From Intoshia linei (taxonomy: Eukaryota; Animalia; Orthonectida), in assembly GCA_001642005.1 (NCBI GenBank), contig LWCA01000061.1:1-64000 (forward strand): 64,000 nt of DNA. Reading direction: 5' to 3'. Position numbers and translations under genes: made by a program. Under the pieces are notes generated by a model, which saw only the letters and a program-made list of their open reading frames with translations, made no database searches and was not told where the DNA came from. How positions within the stretch are numbered: position 1 is the first letter of the stretch; every line of letters begins with the position of its first letter. Positions 23,901 through 36,500 of this stretch are shown one piece after another.

Positions 23901-26900
23901 CAGTCAGCACCTGTGTACCCTAAACATATATAGGTATTACGATAATATCAACCTTCTAAGCAGACACATTTGTATGTATAATTTCCTGTCACAATACATT
24001 CTATAGCGTGCAAACACTTGTGCGATACACATGGCTTCATTGATAATTCACACGTTTTCCCGTGCCATTGAGGTGGACATTCGCATCTAAATTAAAAATA
24101 ATGGTTAGGAAAATTATCAAATTACTCAAAATCTGCCAATAAATTTCTACATTTTCCATTGTGAAAACAGGGGTTCAGTTCGCATTCATTTAAATCATCC
24201 AGACAGCGTGGACCCGTCCATCCATCTTTACAATGACAAATAAACATGTCAAATGATATTTGTTCACATTTCCCATTTCTTTCACAAGGGTTAGGATTAC
24301 ACAATGACGACATTTCACAATATGAACCTATTCAAATATTTTTAAGAGTGAGATATAGATACCATGGAATGGATAATTGCAGAGACATGTACCATCTTCA
24401 CAAACACCGTCGTTCATACATAGACAATTGGATTCTTTTGGTTTGTAACAGTCTAAATTTTTAATTAATGTGAAAAAAATTTCTAGATGCAAATTTTGGT
24501 TGAAATTAAGTTAACTCGACGTATTTAGCGATTTTACTAATTTATGATATTATAGATTTTTAAGATAATTGTGGTTAAAATTTGGTAGGGTTTTAAGGAA
24601 AGTTTTTTAAGCCAATTTTTAAATATGTTGAAAAAATTTTGCGACCAAATTAGTAGGGTTTTTAAGAGAACATTTGTTTTACTCAATTTTTAAAGATAAT
24701 TATTGTCTAAATTTTGGTAGAGTTTTTAAGGGAACATTTTTTATCACTCAATGTGTAAAGATTTTGAAGATTTCTTAAAATGTAAAAATATTCCCTTAAA
24801 ATCTTACAAAATTATAGTCCAAAAATTAAAGTCACTATATTACTATTTTATCAAATTTTCTTAATATTGCCTAGTATTTTCACTTTAATGGTCCGTTGTG
24901 AAAAAATGTGGGAACCCCTGAGTTATGATATTCAAGAATTTAAGAAATTTTGAAAAATTTCAAAGAAATGAATTATATCGATTTTCACCCATATTTCTTT
25001 ATTGGAAATGTGTAGACATGTTCAATGCACAATTCAATTTTTTCAAATTCTCCAACTCGTATGATTTTAAAAAAAAGGAAAATTGGAGTTTTTAACCCAT
25101 AAGATGTGAGTTTGGGAGGTTGAAATTGATTTCGCTAACACCCCTGGAAAAAAAACTGTAATTGAAATGTGGACTTTATAAAATTCTAAAATTGGTAGTT
25201 ATTGAAATAAACGGTAGCACATACATAAATAAATATTGCAAAGGATATAAATACATTATATTAACAATAATAATATGTAAATAGTAAATCCCAAAAGTAT
25301 TTATCAAAGAATGGAAAATGTAAAACTTAATATACAATTTAATTTATATATATACAATTGTACAATGTAAGACACTAATTTTAATTATATAAACATTAAG
25401 TTATTCCAAACCCAAATTTTTGAACAAAGCTCAAAATTTGGCTGAAGCGCAGCGAAGAGTATTATGTAATTTCGCTGAAGGAAAAAAAAATTTTTGGGGG
25501 TCTCTTTTTCAAAAAATAATAACAGTTTACATACAATTTTTATTGCAATCTTCAAAATGAATGCTTTAAATTTTTCATAACAAATAGCACATTTCAAAAT
25601 GACTTCATGATGAATACTTTAAAAAAAAAAACAAATGACACAACACAAAAGACAAGATCAAAATCAATTATTTTCGACAATTATATTTTTGTTGAGTTTT
25701 GGCCATATTAATAAGGTTATTTTGAGCAGGCTGTTTTAAGTAGTTCATAAAGTCTTTGCATTCCATGTTAAAGTTGATTCTTATACTTATTTCTGCTTTC
25801 ACTAAACTTATTCTCATTTTATTTCGATCTTTTCTCCACACAGATTCCATAATTGAAAAAATTCGTTTCACAAAAGCATTGTTTACTGGAATTGACAAAA
25901 TTATTTTTTAGAAGCTATTTTTTTAATTTCTGAAATATTACATGAAAAAAATTATAGAATATAAATAAAATATGTCTGATCTGATGATTTTGATTGAAAT
26001 AATTACATTACCCTGAGTAATATCACTTAACCCTGAACCCTGAGTTGAATTTGAAAACCCGAATTCTCAGGTAGAAAATAACGCAGTTGGCAACCATGTG
26101 AGTAACCCAAAAGTGGATGAGATTCTACAGTTCCTAATTCTTTCTAATACCCGTAACGGCAACACATAAAATAGTCCATACAATCATATTAATTCCATTA
26201 CATTTCATAAATCATATCCTTTTAAGGGTAATATATAAATCACAAGGACTTGCAATAAAACCTACTTTGATTCTATACAAAAACATTTCTCCCTACAATT
26301 AGTCGGCAAATGCAGAAATAAAATATACGTTACAATTTAAATTTTAAAACATACAAATGTCTTGTCAACTTGTGTAAATTTCCATGAAATAATAAATGTA
26401 TAAATCAATATAAGTACCATCTTTATCGCATGTACAATTTATGGAAACGGTGTAATCTTTGATGATGGGATTACATATAGCACCATCGATGCATTTATTA
26501 TCTTTATTATAACAAGGATTTACATATTGGCATAAATTTCCGATATAATAATCATTGTTGCATCTAAAAATAAGATTTATTAGAAAATACAAATTATTTG
26601 CAAAAGATGATGTGGACAATGTAATTATTAAAGCGAAATAAGTATCATGAGAAAATGAGTAATAAGAGCCTGATATTAAAATTAAAGTTACAAAGTTATA
26701 AACATTTGTAAATAACCAATTATGAACCAATTTTATGATTTTCACATACATATAAAAATGTAACTGAAACATGAAAAGTTACTAATTTTACAATGCAATT
26801 GTTTTACAATAGTTAATAATTATACGTTTTTTGTCAATTTTTTTTCAGTAATTTTATAAATGTTAAAATACGGTTCTATAAAATTATCTAAAATTACTGG

Positions 26901-27133
26901 CATTGAACTTTGCTCAATACGACATTAACCGAATCATGCAAGCAAGGCAATCGATAGGGTATATCTTCAAATATTGAACGTTTATTTAATTTATGGTGTA
27001 TTGAAGTATAATTTGAATTGGTTTCATTGATATAGGTAATATTGTCAGGTTTAAAATTTACATATCCTGAAATTGGACTTGAGAAGGAATATAATTTGAA
27101 TATGTACAGAAACAGAAATATAAACAATTTCAT
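14918..27133 (-). CDS. NOTCH: Notch receptor, 14 exons: 27133-26898, 26563-26418, 24452-24363, 24327-24126, 24086-23953, 23919-23797, 23756-23535, 23489-23331, 23292-23095, 20870-20745, 20708-20589, 20544-20481, 20301-20132, 18429-14918 (about 1833 aa)
   Basis: Signal peptide, about 23 EGF repeats, LNR (CDDDCNSSVCNFDGFDC), NOD/NODP-like HD, TM helix + RKR, 6-7 ankyrin repeats (GETALH, GYTPLH, QTPLH), basic NLS, N/Q-rich tail. All introns GT-AG with consistent phases; total 5502 nt. Confidence 0.95.
18854..20008 (+). mobile_element. Complete non-autonomous Helitron (5' subfamily B), 1155 bp, in the last Notch intron
   Basis: A|TCCTTACTTATATAAAG ... hairpin CTGTTGGTAC-GTA-GTACATAACAG, CTAG|T. 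Confidence 0.88.
20926..21358. mobile_element. hAT-type MITE
   Basis: TIRs CAGTGGCGGATCTAGG / CCTAGATCCGCTACTA; 8-bp TSD AGTTAGAC/AGTTAAAC. Confidence 0.85.
21448..23067 (+). mobile_element. Non-autonomous Helitron (subfamily A) in a Notch intron
   Basis: A|TCCTTACTT 5' end; degenerate 3' hairpin and CTCG|T end; assembly N at 22091. Confidence 0.8.
24960..25250 (-). repeat. Internally deleted Helitron fragment
   Basis: Reverse complement of subfamily A 5' region joined to the core end. Confidence 0.65.
25400..26098 (-). mobile_element. hAT (Blackjack-like) deletion derivative with C-terminal dimerisation-domain fragment
   Basis: Terminus CATGGTTGCCAACTGCG; peptide SIPVNNAFVKRIFSIM..W..DRN; related copy in opposite orientation at 41438-41810. 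Confidence 0.8.
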
Positions 27134-28095
27134 AGGATAAATTACAATTGTTGTTTTAGTTTAGTTATGTATAAATGGATAAATTTGTAACTCAATCACT
27201 TCATTTTCATATTTTTATCTTGACGATATTAAATCTACTTGTTCATCTCGTATTCTTTGGTTGATTATATAATTGCACTTGAAAAATGACTTGAATTTCA
27301 AATGGCGATACCAAATTAGTTTACATAACAATAGAGGCGGTATTATCTACGAAGTATACAATTACTAAATTGTTTCAACTTGCTGAAAAACAATTTAACA
27401 ATAAATCATGTCACTAAATTCCAAGTTTTGGCATATTCTTTTGTTTGCAGATTGCAAATCAAAACTTTTCATATTTATTTGAGTATTTAATTATGTTATG
27501 TTTTTGTTATTAATATATTTTTATTTAGTTCGTTAGTGCAAAAATGTTTTTTTTATTTCAATTGTCTTGACCTTTCATCAAAATGTTACTAAATGTAAAT
27601 GTCATTATTTAAGTCATTTTGACATCTATAATACGGTGGAAACTTAATTAAATAAATAATATTTTAGTCGAGTAGAAAACATTTACTTATTGAATCAAAA
27701 AAATTTATCCGAAACAGGTCAAAAATGTTTTGCGGCGTTAATCCATTGACAATATAAAAATAGCTTTCGTTTAAATTTTAAAATGTTACATTCCAAAAAA
27801 TAACATTTTTAATGGATAAAAAATAGTTCATTGCCCCTTATATTATGGATAATCGAATATTATCAAACTCTTGGGAAAAATGAAAATTTTGTAAACGTAG
27901 GATTGTGTGAATGCGTAATATTACTAATATGTGACAAATTACAGTTAAAACTTGTATAAATTCGTGATTCATGATGTACAATATGTAATACACATTGAGC
28001 GACAATTAACAGTGTCAATTTTACACTACTGTAGTTTCAAAAATAATTTATTCTACTTGTGTAATTTCTAGAAATTTATTCAAATTGATACAATT

Positions 28096-30582
28096 ATGAA
28101 TATTGCAAATAATATTCTAATAAAAAAGTGTAAATGTATCTACATTACTCAATTGTATAAATCCTATTCAAAATTTGAAAATATACACAAAAAAAATTCC
28201 ATTCAATTAACTGCTTTGCAACAACATCTTTTGTCAATTACATCTTCTTATATGTGTCTTTTTCACCCTGAAAGAGGAGGTAATATTTTGACTTTCTCTT
28301 TACATATTATAAAACGTATACGTGTTTAAGAACGGCATTACAAATTATAAGAAATTAAATCAGCAGAAATTTAATTTCATACCAAATGTACCAATGTATT
28401 ACGAAAAAAGTAATCCTCTTAAAATCTACCGTTTTGAGGAAAATTTTTGCGTGAGATACCCCGCCTTTTGTGGCACTGTGATAAAATTACGGCCCAAACC
28501 GGGGTCAGATTGTATAGTTATTGTGCCGGAAAAAATACGGGAAAATATTTTTAACTACTGAAATAAAAAATTTTCATTTTCGAAAAAAAGATAATTTATT
28601 TGAAATACATGTATTTGCGTTAATTATCCTTACTTACAGTATATACAATTATAATCCTTGCGTATGTTAATGGTTGAAAATGCATGTCTGTTTATTTGTT
28701 TGTTCCAGTTGATTTGAGACAGTAAGGGGAGTCGAGTTTTACAAATTCCATATTCTTATAACAGTGTTTCCAGAGTGATGTTTTATCGCAAATTTCAATT
28801 TTAGAAATTAAGGTTAAAAACCACATTCTCCTTCGTTTTTAAATTCAAACCCGTACAATAATTATAAAAAATATACATTCTAAGGAAAAGTTTCAAATTC
28901 ATCAATATTATGATAATTTCAATTTTATGATATCTTCACGGCTAAAACCACAAATTATTCCTTTTTGTAAAAATTAAGAAAGTCATATAATTTTATACAA
29001 CATAAATTCTGGGATGGTTTTTAAATCCATAAGTATTATCATAAATGGTAATTTTCACGGTGAAAAACCTAGATTACCATTTTTTTAAAAAATGAAAACA
29101 GCCCTAGAATTTAAAAAAAATTACAGATGAGTTATATCCAGTTAACACACCAAAAATTTGAATCTGATAAAGTGATGCTTTCATGGTCAAAAAACCAGTT
29201 TAGTATTCATTTTTTTTTTATTGAAGAAACTATTTTATTAAAATAAAAATTGAAAAATTAACGGTCGTATAATAATAAAAAAAAATTATTCTGATACAGC
29301 TTATTCCAGTTGATATAAATACAAAGTTCAACTCTAGAAATCTACGCATTTCTGGTGAAAATTAATTTTTAATATATTATCAACCAGTATTTTTCAAATC
29401 TAACATTATGTAAAATTTAAAAGGTAAATTCATCCTACAATTTTTAAAAAAATTGGAATTTACTGTGTATCAATTTTAAATACAGAAATATGGATTTCAA
29501 TCCCATCAATTTATTACTTCTGTTTTTATATCATTGCTATGTAATTTCTCATTTTCAAAAACTTAGTTTATAATCAAATGAAGTATAACTTTGTTATTAT
29601 CATACAGATGTATTGAGATTTATATTATTTTAACAGTCCATGGGCAATCAAATTTGGGAAGCACTCCTTTAAAAGAGTGGCAATGGTGAATAGGAGCATA
29701 TTTATTTAAGATTTTATTTTTTGGGTAGAATTAAAAAAGTCCCCCTCGGCAGAGCTACATACTGTTTGTACGATGTACATTACAGTCTAGCTTGTAGTAT
29801 ATAAAATAATGGGTTGTAAGTAATTGATAACTTAGATATGGTTGCCACATTTGGTGAAGTATCTGCATCTTGCTTTGTACAAAACCTGCACTCAAAAATG
29901 CTTAAAAATAAAATTGGTTGTAAAATTTTAAGGTTAACTCTCAAACTAGTTACCTCATTTTTTCAATCTTTAGAGAAAAGCCAATTTTGTCAACTAAATA
30001 TTTAAATATTGAATATGAAAAATTACGTTGTCTACCGAAAGACACATTCGGATACGTTTACTACCAGTTTATGAAATCTAATGTAATGGATAGATACAGT
30101 ACTTTTATATTTTGTGCTTAATTATCCATAATGTTAAAATGGTTGTAGAATATAAATATGGACGACCGACCACCAATTCAGTTTGTTAATGACGTTGAAT
30201 TGGCTTACGTTATGCTTAGATATCGACAAATCCATGATTTTATACACACATTAACTAATCAACCTACTAATTTAATTGGCGAAATTACAGTAAAAATAAT
30301 TGAAGCATATCAAACTAAATTACCAATGTGTGTATTAGGATCCATTTTTGCTCCGCTGCGATTAAAAAACAAGTAACTTGTATCAAATTTAAAATATAAT
30401 TTAGACATTTTCATTTTTTTTTAAAGCACAATTTGTACTGGGCAATAAAGACTGCTGCAATGTCTCCACTATTCATCAACGTATATTACGAGAAAGAATG
30501 GAATACACCTATTAATGAATTACGTGACAGATTAAAAATTTACAATATACCAAATACACCAATGAAAAAATTGTATAAATAA
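28096..30582 (+). CDS. COQ4: Ubiquinone biosynthesis protein COQ4; exons 28096-28279, 29836-29932, 29974-30082, 30149-30372, 30405-30582 (263 aa)
   Basis: HPERG|DMVATFGE, LPKDTFG..Y, DDRPPIQFV, RYRQIHDFIHTL (HDxxH metal motif), GEITVK..E..QT.LPM, NVYYEKEW; phases consistent. Confidence 0.96.
28322..28561 (+). mobile_element. Probable Gypsy pol fragment (segment preceding the integrase zinc finger) in COQ4 intron 1
   Basis: Ends in IVPEKIRENIFNY, resembling the xVPxxxRxxIxxxxH lead-in of Gypsy integrases. Confidence 0.45.
28627..29794 (+). mobile_element. Non-autonomous Helitron (subfamily B) in COQ4 intron 1
   Basis: A|TCCTTACTT 5' end; 3' hairpin CTGTTTGTAC-GAT-GTACATTACAG; CTTG|T end. Confidence 0.82.
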
Positions 30583-30586
30583 ACGT

Positions 30587-33500
30587 TTATGAAAAATATA
30601 AATGATTTAAATCTCTCATAATATCTGCAATATTCAACAAATTAAATGAAGATTCGTAAATGTATCGTATGGCTAATTGAGATATTTTGGTGGAATATTG
30701 TTCGTTTTTCTTTGATAAAAGTACTTTAAATGTTTTTTCAGTGAATTTTACAAAATCTGACGAATAAGGTAAATCCCATTGTGACAAATGAATTGAACTG
30801 TCGTATCTAACATTGTTATTTTTAGAATACAAATTTGCAGATAAAAACACTGCAACAAATGCCATGTATTGTACATATCTAGGTAACATTAGATTTTACA
30901 TTAAATAAAAATTACGGAGTAGCATTGTTGAGTGGTATAGGCATAATTGAATGTAAATGGCGTTTGAGCAATTTTACGTCAATTATTTCGACAAAATCTT
31001 TAATTTCTCGACCCAGTTCTTGTAATAATGGGCTATCCGGGTATACAAGTTTATCAATAAAGGAAAACATGTCATTTAGTAATATTATTACATATCGGGT
31101 TTGATTCATACTAAACAGTATAATTATCACATGAGCGTTTTTAAAAAATTACTCTGTACAAAATTCAATTATAATCTTTGAATACAATTTAAATATTTCA
31201 ATTAGTTTGTTTTTATCGCTCAAATATACATTTCGAAGGTATTTTATTAAAACTGCAAAAACTATTGCAGTTATAGGACATTTAGCCGGAAGTAAACTTT
31301 TTGTTAAAGTGTCGTTAATAATTTTTGACAGTGTTTTTCTTTTACTAAGAATTGGTCGGCAAGAATATAATGCTGTCTGAATGATATCATGGACATGATT
31401 TACATTGGATTCCTTTATGTGCTCAATTATGACTTCAAATGAATTGGTTTCTATTTTAATAATCAAATAAATTGTAGTTTTGGACAACGTGGTCAATGAT
31501 ATAATTATTAATTACCTTTTGAAAAGTTATCCATCATGGCATTACAAAGACTGTACAAAATATCTGATCTATACATTCTCAACATAATGAGAGCGATAAA
31601 CCTTTCAATGAAATTGCTCATTTTTTCATCGGTTTTTTGATTTGTTGATAGAACAAACATCCATTCAATGGTCGTGTTTATAAATAACTGGATATTGTTG
31701 TATTCAACGCAATTTAGTAATGATATAATAGGCTTATATATAATGTCCATATTTTTCATTGAGTTTGTTGCTAATAAAAATATTATAAATATTAACGTGA
31801 AAGTCAATATTCCGCAAAAATTGAGAATATATTACAATATCATTACAATAAATCACATTATAAACCAACCCAATTTTACAATGGTTTCGATCCCTCGGAT
31901 TTATGCGACATTGTATGTACTCAATGAAATATAAATTAAACCACATTTTTAGTCAAAAGATCTGATGATTAGTTAGAGGTAATGAAAAAAAGATTGGGAA
32001 CGCCTGGATTAGATTGTACAAACATTTAATGGTTTTTAAAATTACTTGGTATCGATGAAAGAATAATAGTAACATCTTCCAATAACATTGAGTACAGTTT
32101 TATCGTAAGATTGGCATGGTTTGAAATTTTAGGTAACAATTGCTGTACAACTGACGTTATCATTACAACATAAATCATATGATGACTTTTTACTTGTTCT
32201 TTATCATCTTCACTGCAATCATATTTTATGTTACATGTAAGGCTATGTAAAACTCTAAAATTAAAATATAAATCAGCTTTACAATGTCTACATTTTTTGT
32301 TAGTATAACGGATTTTCAAATTATGGGCTGGCAAAAAACAAAATATGCATGTATTAGATAAAATTATCAATTTATGATTAATAACTATTTAATTTATGAT
32401 GAATTACTCTAATAAACTTTTTAAGATAATACAGTATCGAAAATTTTATTCTTAGAAATTGAAATTTTCAGGCTCAAACCACGATTTTCAAAAATTGAAA
32501 AAAACGATAAATATCAACACCCACATTCAATTAGGTATTTAAAATTTTATTTTTTCAACTTATTTTTGGTCTATCCGTTTGTCAATTAAAAAAGTCGGCC
32601 CTTGACACGGCCAATTACAGTTTGTACAAAATAGAAAACAGACAAACTAGTATTTAATATAATACTGTGCTAACACACTACCTGAACAAAATGGAAAATT
32701 GTTCCAAGCTATCTATAAACATATCGATTGATAGATTATTCATAACAACTGTTACAGCCGCAACAAGAGAATCTGCGTCAATGTACTTACTTTTCAAATT
32801 TGTTATAACATTGATGTAGTCATAAAAGTCGTTTTTCTAAAATGATTTACATACAAAAAATAACGTAAATGTATTTAGAAAAGTCAATCACAAAAATTGA
32901 CACACACCATAAAAAAAGGTAAAAATATATTATCATGCACCCACACCTTGCTACTTATCAACTTCGACATTTCCAGTAACCTGTTGAAAATTTTTAACTA
33001 TAAAAGTATAGGCTTATAAGTAACCCTATTGAGCAGGCTATATTGTCATCAATGTAATCATCGTGAACATTAATACAGTACGTAAAATTTACCTTTATTG
33101 GATTGTCGACGAGAGCATGGCAAAAGACTCCTAAAAGGTTTCTATGATAAATTCGGATGAAATTATCATCTTCTGTTTTTAATATTTTATTTGAAATGGA
33201 AATCCAATCTACATCCGCCAATATTTTCATAATAATTGGTTTATTATCATTAGTATTGCAGTATTTTGTCTATATGAATGATTTAACAAAATTGTAAATT
33301 GTAAATTTTATTTATTTTACTTTTAAATTTAAAAAATTACCATCAACATAATTGTACTTTCACAGGGTTGAAAATGTTTCCAATTAATCTTGACAAATTG
33401 ATCCCGATAAACACAATTCATAAACAAACAATTTGAGTTTTCGATATTTTTTTCATAGTAATTTAAGGCCAAATTTAGAGGTAAATTATTTACATTAATA

Positions 33501-36500
33501 TCAAAATCTAATTGAAAACCATAAAATGTATAATGAAATGGTTTTTTTATTTATACAACGTAAAAAAAGTATTGTCTATTTAGCTCTACCGAGAGCGGAC
33601 GCATTATCGTTGCCCGCAGGGGCGATTCATTCAGTTAGGAGACGATTTTAAATATATTACATGGACTAGTATATAATGTAGAGTGAGATGTTGATGAATT
33701 TTTTAGTTGTAAGGGTAGATTTTTATAGCAAGTTTTAGAAAATTTTATCAAGTGGCGGTCGACCAAACTATTTTGGAAACCCCTGGCTACATTATCATAA
33801 AAAATTTTTGGAAACGTTTATATATACTTTATTTATATTATAAATATTTATTATATATACTTTACATTTATTATTACACATGTTGTTTGCGACACGACAA
33901 TTATTAATTATTATAAAAAAGAGCTTTCCAAATAATTTAAAATTTTGTTAAGTGGAATCGTTAGGTGATACAGGGACATGTACACGGAAATAGAGTAAGT
34001 TATATTTTAGATATATGTAACCAAATAATGGCAATGGATATATTTATCCGTTGTGGCGCGTAACTACGCACACAAATTTTTAACTTTTTCATCGGTCAAA
34101 ATTTTGTTAGACTTAAAAACGTTCAAAACCGATGAAACTGACATGCTCTAATATAGTATAATTAATCAAATGTTGCAAAAAGCAAAAAATTTTGATGAAA
34201 ACGAAAAAATATTGAAATTTTTAAACAAATTTTTTCATAATTATGACAATACATTTATGTATTAATAATTATAATCAAATTTTCTACATGTAACCAAGTT
34301 AATAGTAAATTTTCAACAAAGACCGCCTTCTAGCAGCCTCATTTTTCTAAAAACATGGTTTTGAAAGCAGCCATTACATCTATATATTTCTTGTAATGAA
34401 ATCTAATTTGATAAAATATTAAAAATTTAAAATACAGTAAATGTAAATTTAAATTAAATTTGAGAATCAATAGTAACACAACTGTTTGAATGGACTAAAA
34501 AATTAAAAAATTAAATTTGTATTTCAGCGGTTGAAGGCTAGATAATCAAATTCTAAGTAAAAGTGTAAAATGACGTTTCTAGGTAGACTACCATCGTTTC
34601 TAGGGAAACGGTAATAACTAGGATAACAAACATTATAATTCAATTGATTTATTTTTAAATGCCAAGTGTGGTTCTTTTAAGAGTTAGATAAATTTTATCT
34701 AATGAATTATTTTATTTTGTTTGATTTTATGATAAAATCAAATACATTTTGTCTGTAATAAAAAGTTCTATCTTGCCCATGGGCTACTTTTTCATTTATA
34801 AAAAAGGAGTTTGAATATAGTTATATATACTTAAACACTGTTAACATATTTAGTATATAAAATTATATTTTTATAACCACATGTGTATTTAGAAATTTAG
34901 TAACCCTCGGCGTACAATAAAATTTAAAAAATGTGAAATTTAAATAAAAAACCTAAATATGTATCCATAAGTTTAACAATAACCGAAAAAAACATTTCAA
35001 TCATTTCATAAACATTAATTTCATCATTTTGATTCCACGGTAGATATTGGTTGTTCAAATCAGTGCTTTTAATTGGTTTAATCCAAGGTTCATAGAATGT
35101 TATAATAGATTCCCACAATAAGGAAACTCCTAAAATAAAATAATTCGAAATAAAAAAAATAACAAATTACTTTCATCGTCTTTTAAAATGGAAAACGTCG
35201 GATCACTAAACGACATTTCAATGGATTTGATTGAAATCAAATGAAACAATTGACTAAACGGTGTAGTATACTTTGACCAAAAAGAATATAAAGTAGATTT
35301 TTCAGGTAAACTAACAATGTGTCCATTTTTTAACTGTTTAACCATTTCTACTTGATTTTCTTGACTTTTTAAATTGTACTTTGTATAGTTTTTTGTATCA
35401 ATTTCAAGTTTTTCAATTAAACTTAGGCGATGCTTCATTAAATAATTTGAAACCAATTTCATTATTTCATGAACCTAAAAAAATTCAATTTATTTCAATA
35501 ATAAACATTATATACATCTTGAATCAGAATATTTTTTAAAATTTCTTCACCATTTTCTTTTGTAATATCATAAAGATCACTCCAAATTTGAGCATTATTA
35601 ATTTTATTTTTAGACACTAAATTAAAATGATAAATTTTAAAACATACTAATCTACATTCGAGTAACTCAAATAAAACTACATGGTAGTGTGTTTTAAATG
35701 TATGAGTTATAATTATTTTGAAATGGTCTTTTATTATCTAAATTAATGATAAATGATTTCATTATACACATATTATATAATTTACCGTTAATAAGGCATC
35801 AACTTGACTATTATTCATTTCGTTAATTTTAAAATAAGACTGAATTATAATTTTGTATATATTTTTAATATCTTCTTCGTCTCCTTTCAGTAAACTGTAC
35901 CATTTTTTAATATCAAACTAAACATGAACAATTAAATTAATCAAAATGATGAAATAACTATAATTAATGTATATATTATTTAAAATTTATTATACCTTAG
36001 GTAGTAAATTTAGTGTAAAATCAAATTTATTTTCTTCAATTTTATTGATAGTCGTTTCGTAAAATTTTACAAAATTATTAAAATTTGTAATTGGTTGAAA
36101 AGCATTACAAACAATGCTATTTTTACAATTGTTGTTCACTATATATTGAAATAGTATATAATTGTTTTTTACATCAGTTTTTATAAATTCCTAAATATAA
36201 ATTATAAAAACTATTTCATCCTTAGTTATGTAAACCAAAATTTGAATTTTAATTAATTTAAAATAAAAATTACATTTCCAATCATGTCCATTGATTTTTT
36301 AATGTGTGAATTTATCCTATAATCATATGTGGCACATTCATTAAAAATTTCAATTAAAAAATGAAAAATATTTCCACAAATATTACAAATTTCAGTCAAT
36401 TTTTTTTCATTTTTGTCTTTAAGAAATTGATTTTTTAATTCAATGTAAAATCTAAATAGAAAATGGTAACTTTTGAATGAAATTTTTTACTTTGTTATTT

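Noticed and set aside
14947-24464. Short ORFs overlapping Notch in other frames or strands (14947, 15137, 15581, 17696, 18196, 20108, 24246)
   Set aside because: Shadow ORFs of Notch exons with no independent motifs
24907-24914. TGTGGGAA CSL-binding site in Notch intron 2 (autoregulation)
   Set aside because: Lies within an hAT-like terminus (GGGAACCCCTG); a single 8-mer is expected by chance
31771-32045. Apparent in-frame TGA in EPG5 (readthrough or alternative genetic code)
   Set aside because: A single phase-1 GT-AG intron 32045-31771 removes it; TAA and TGA act as normal stops in the traced genes
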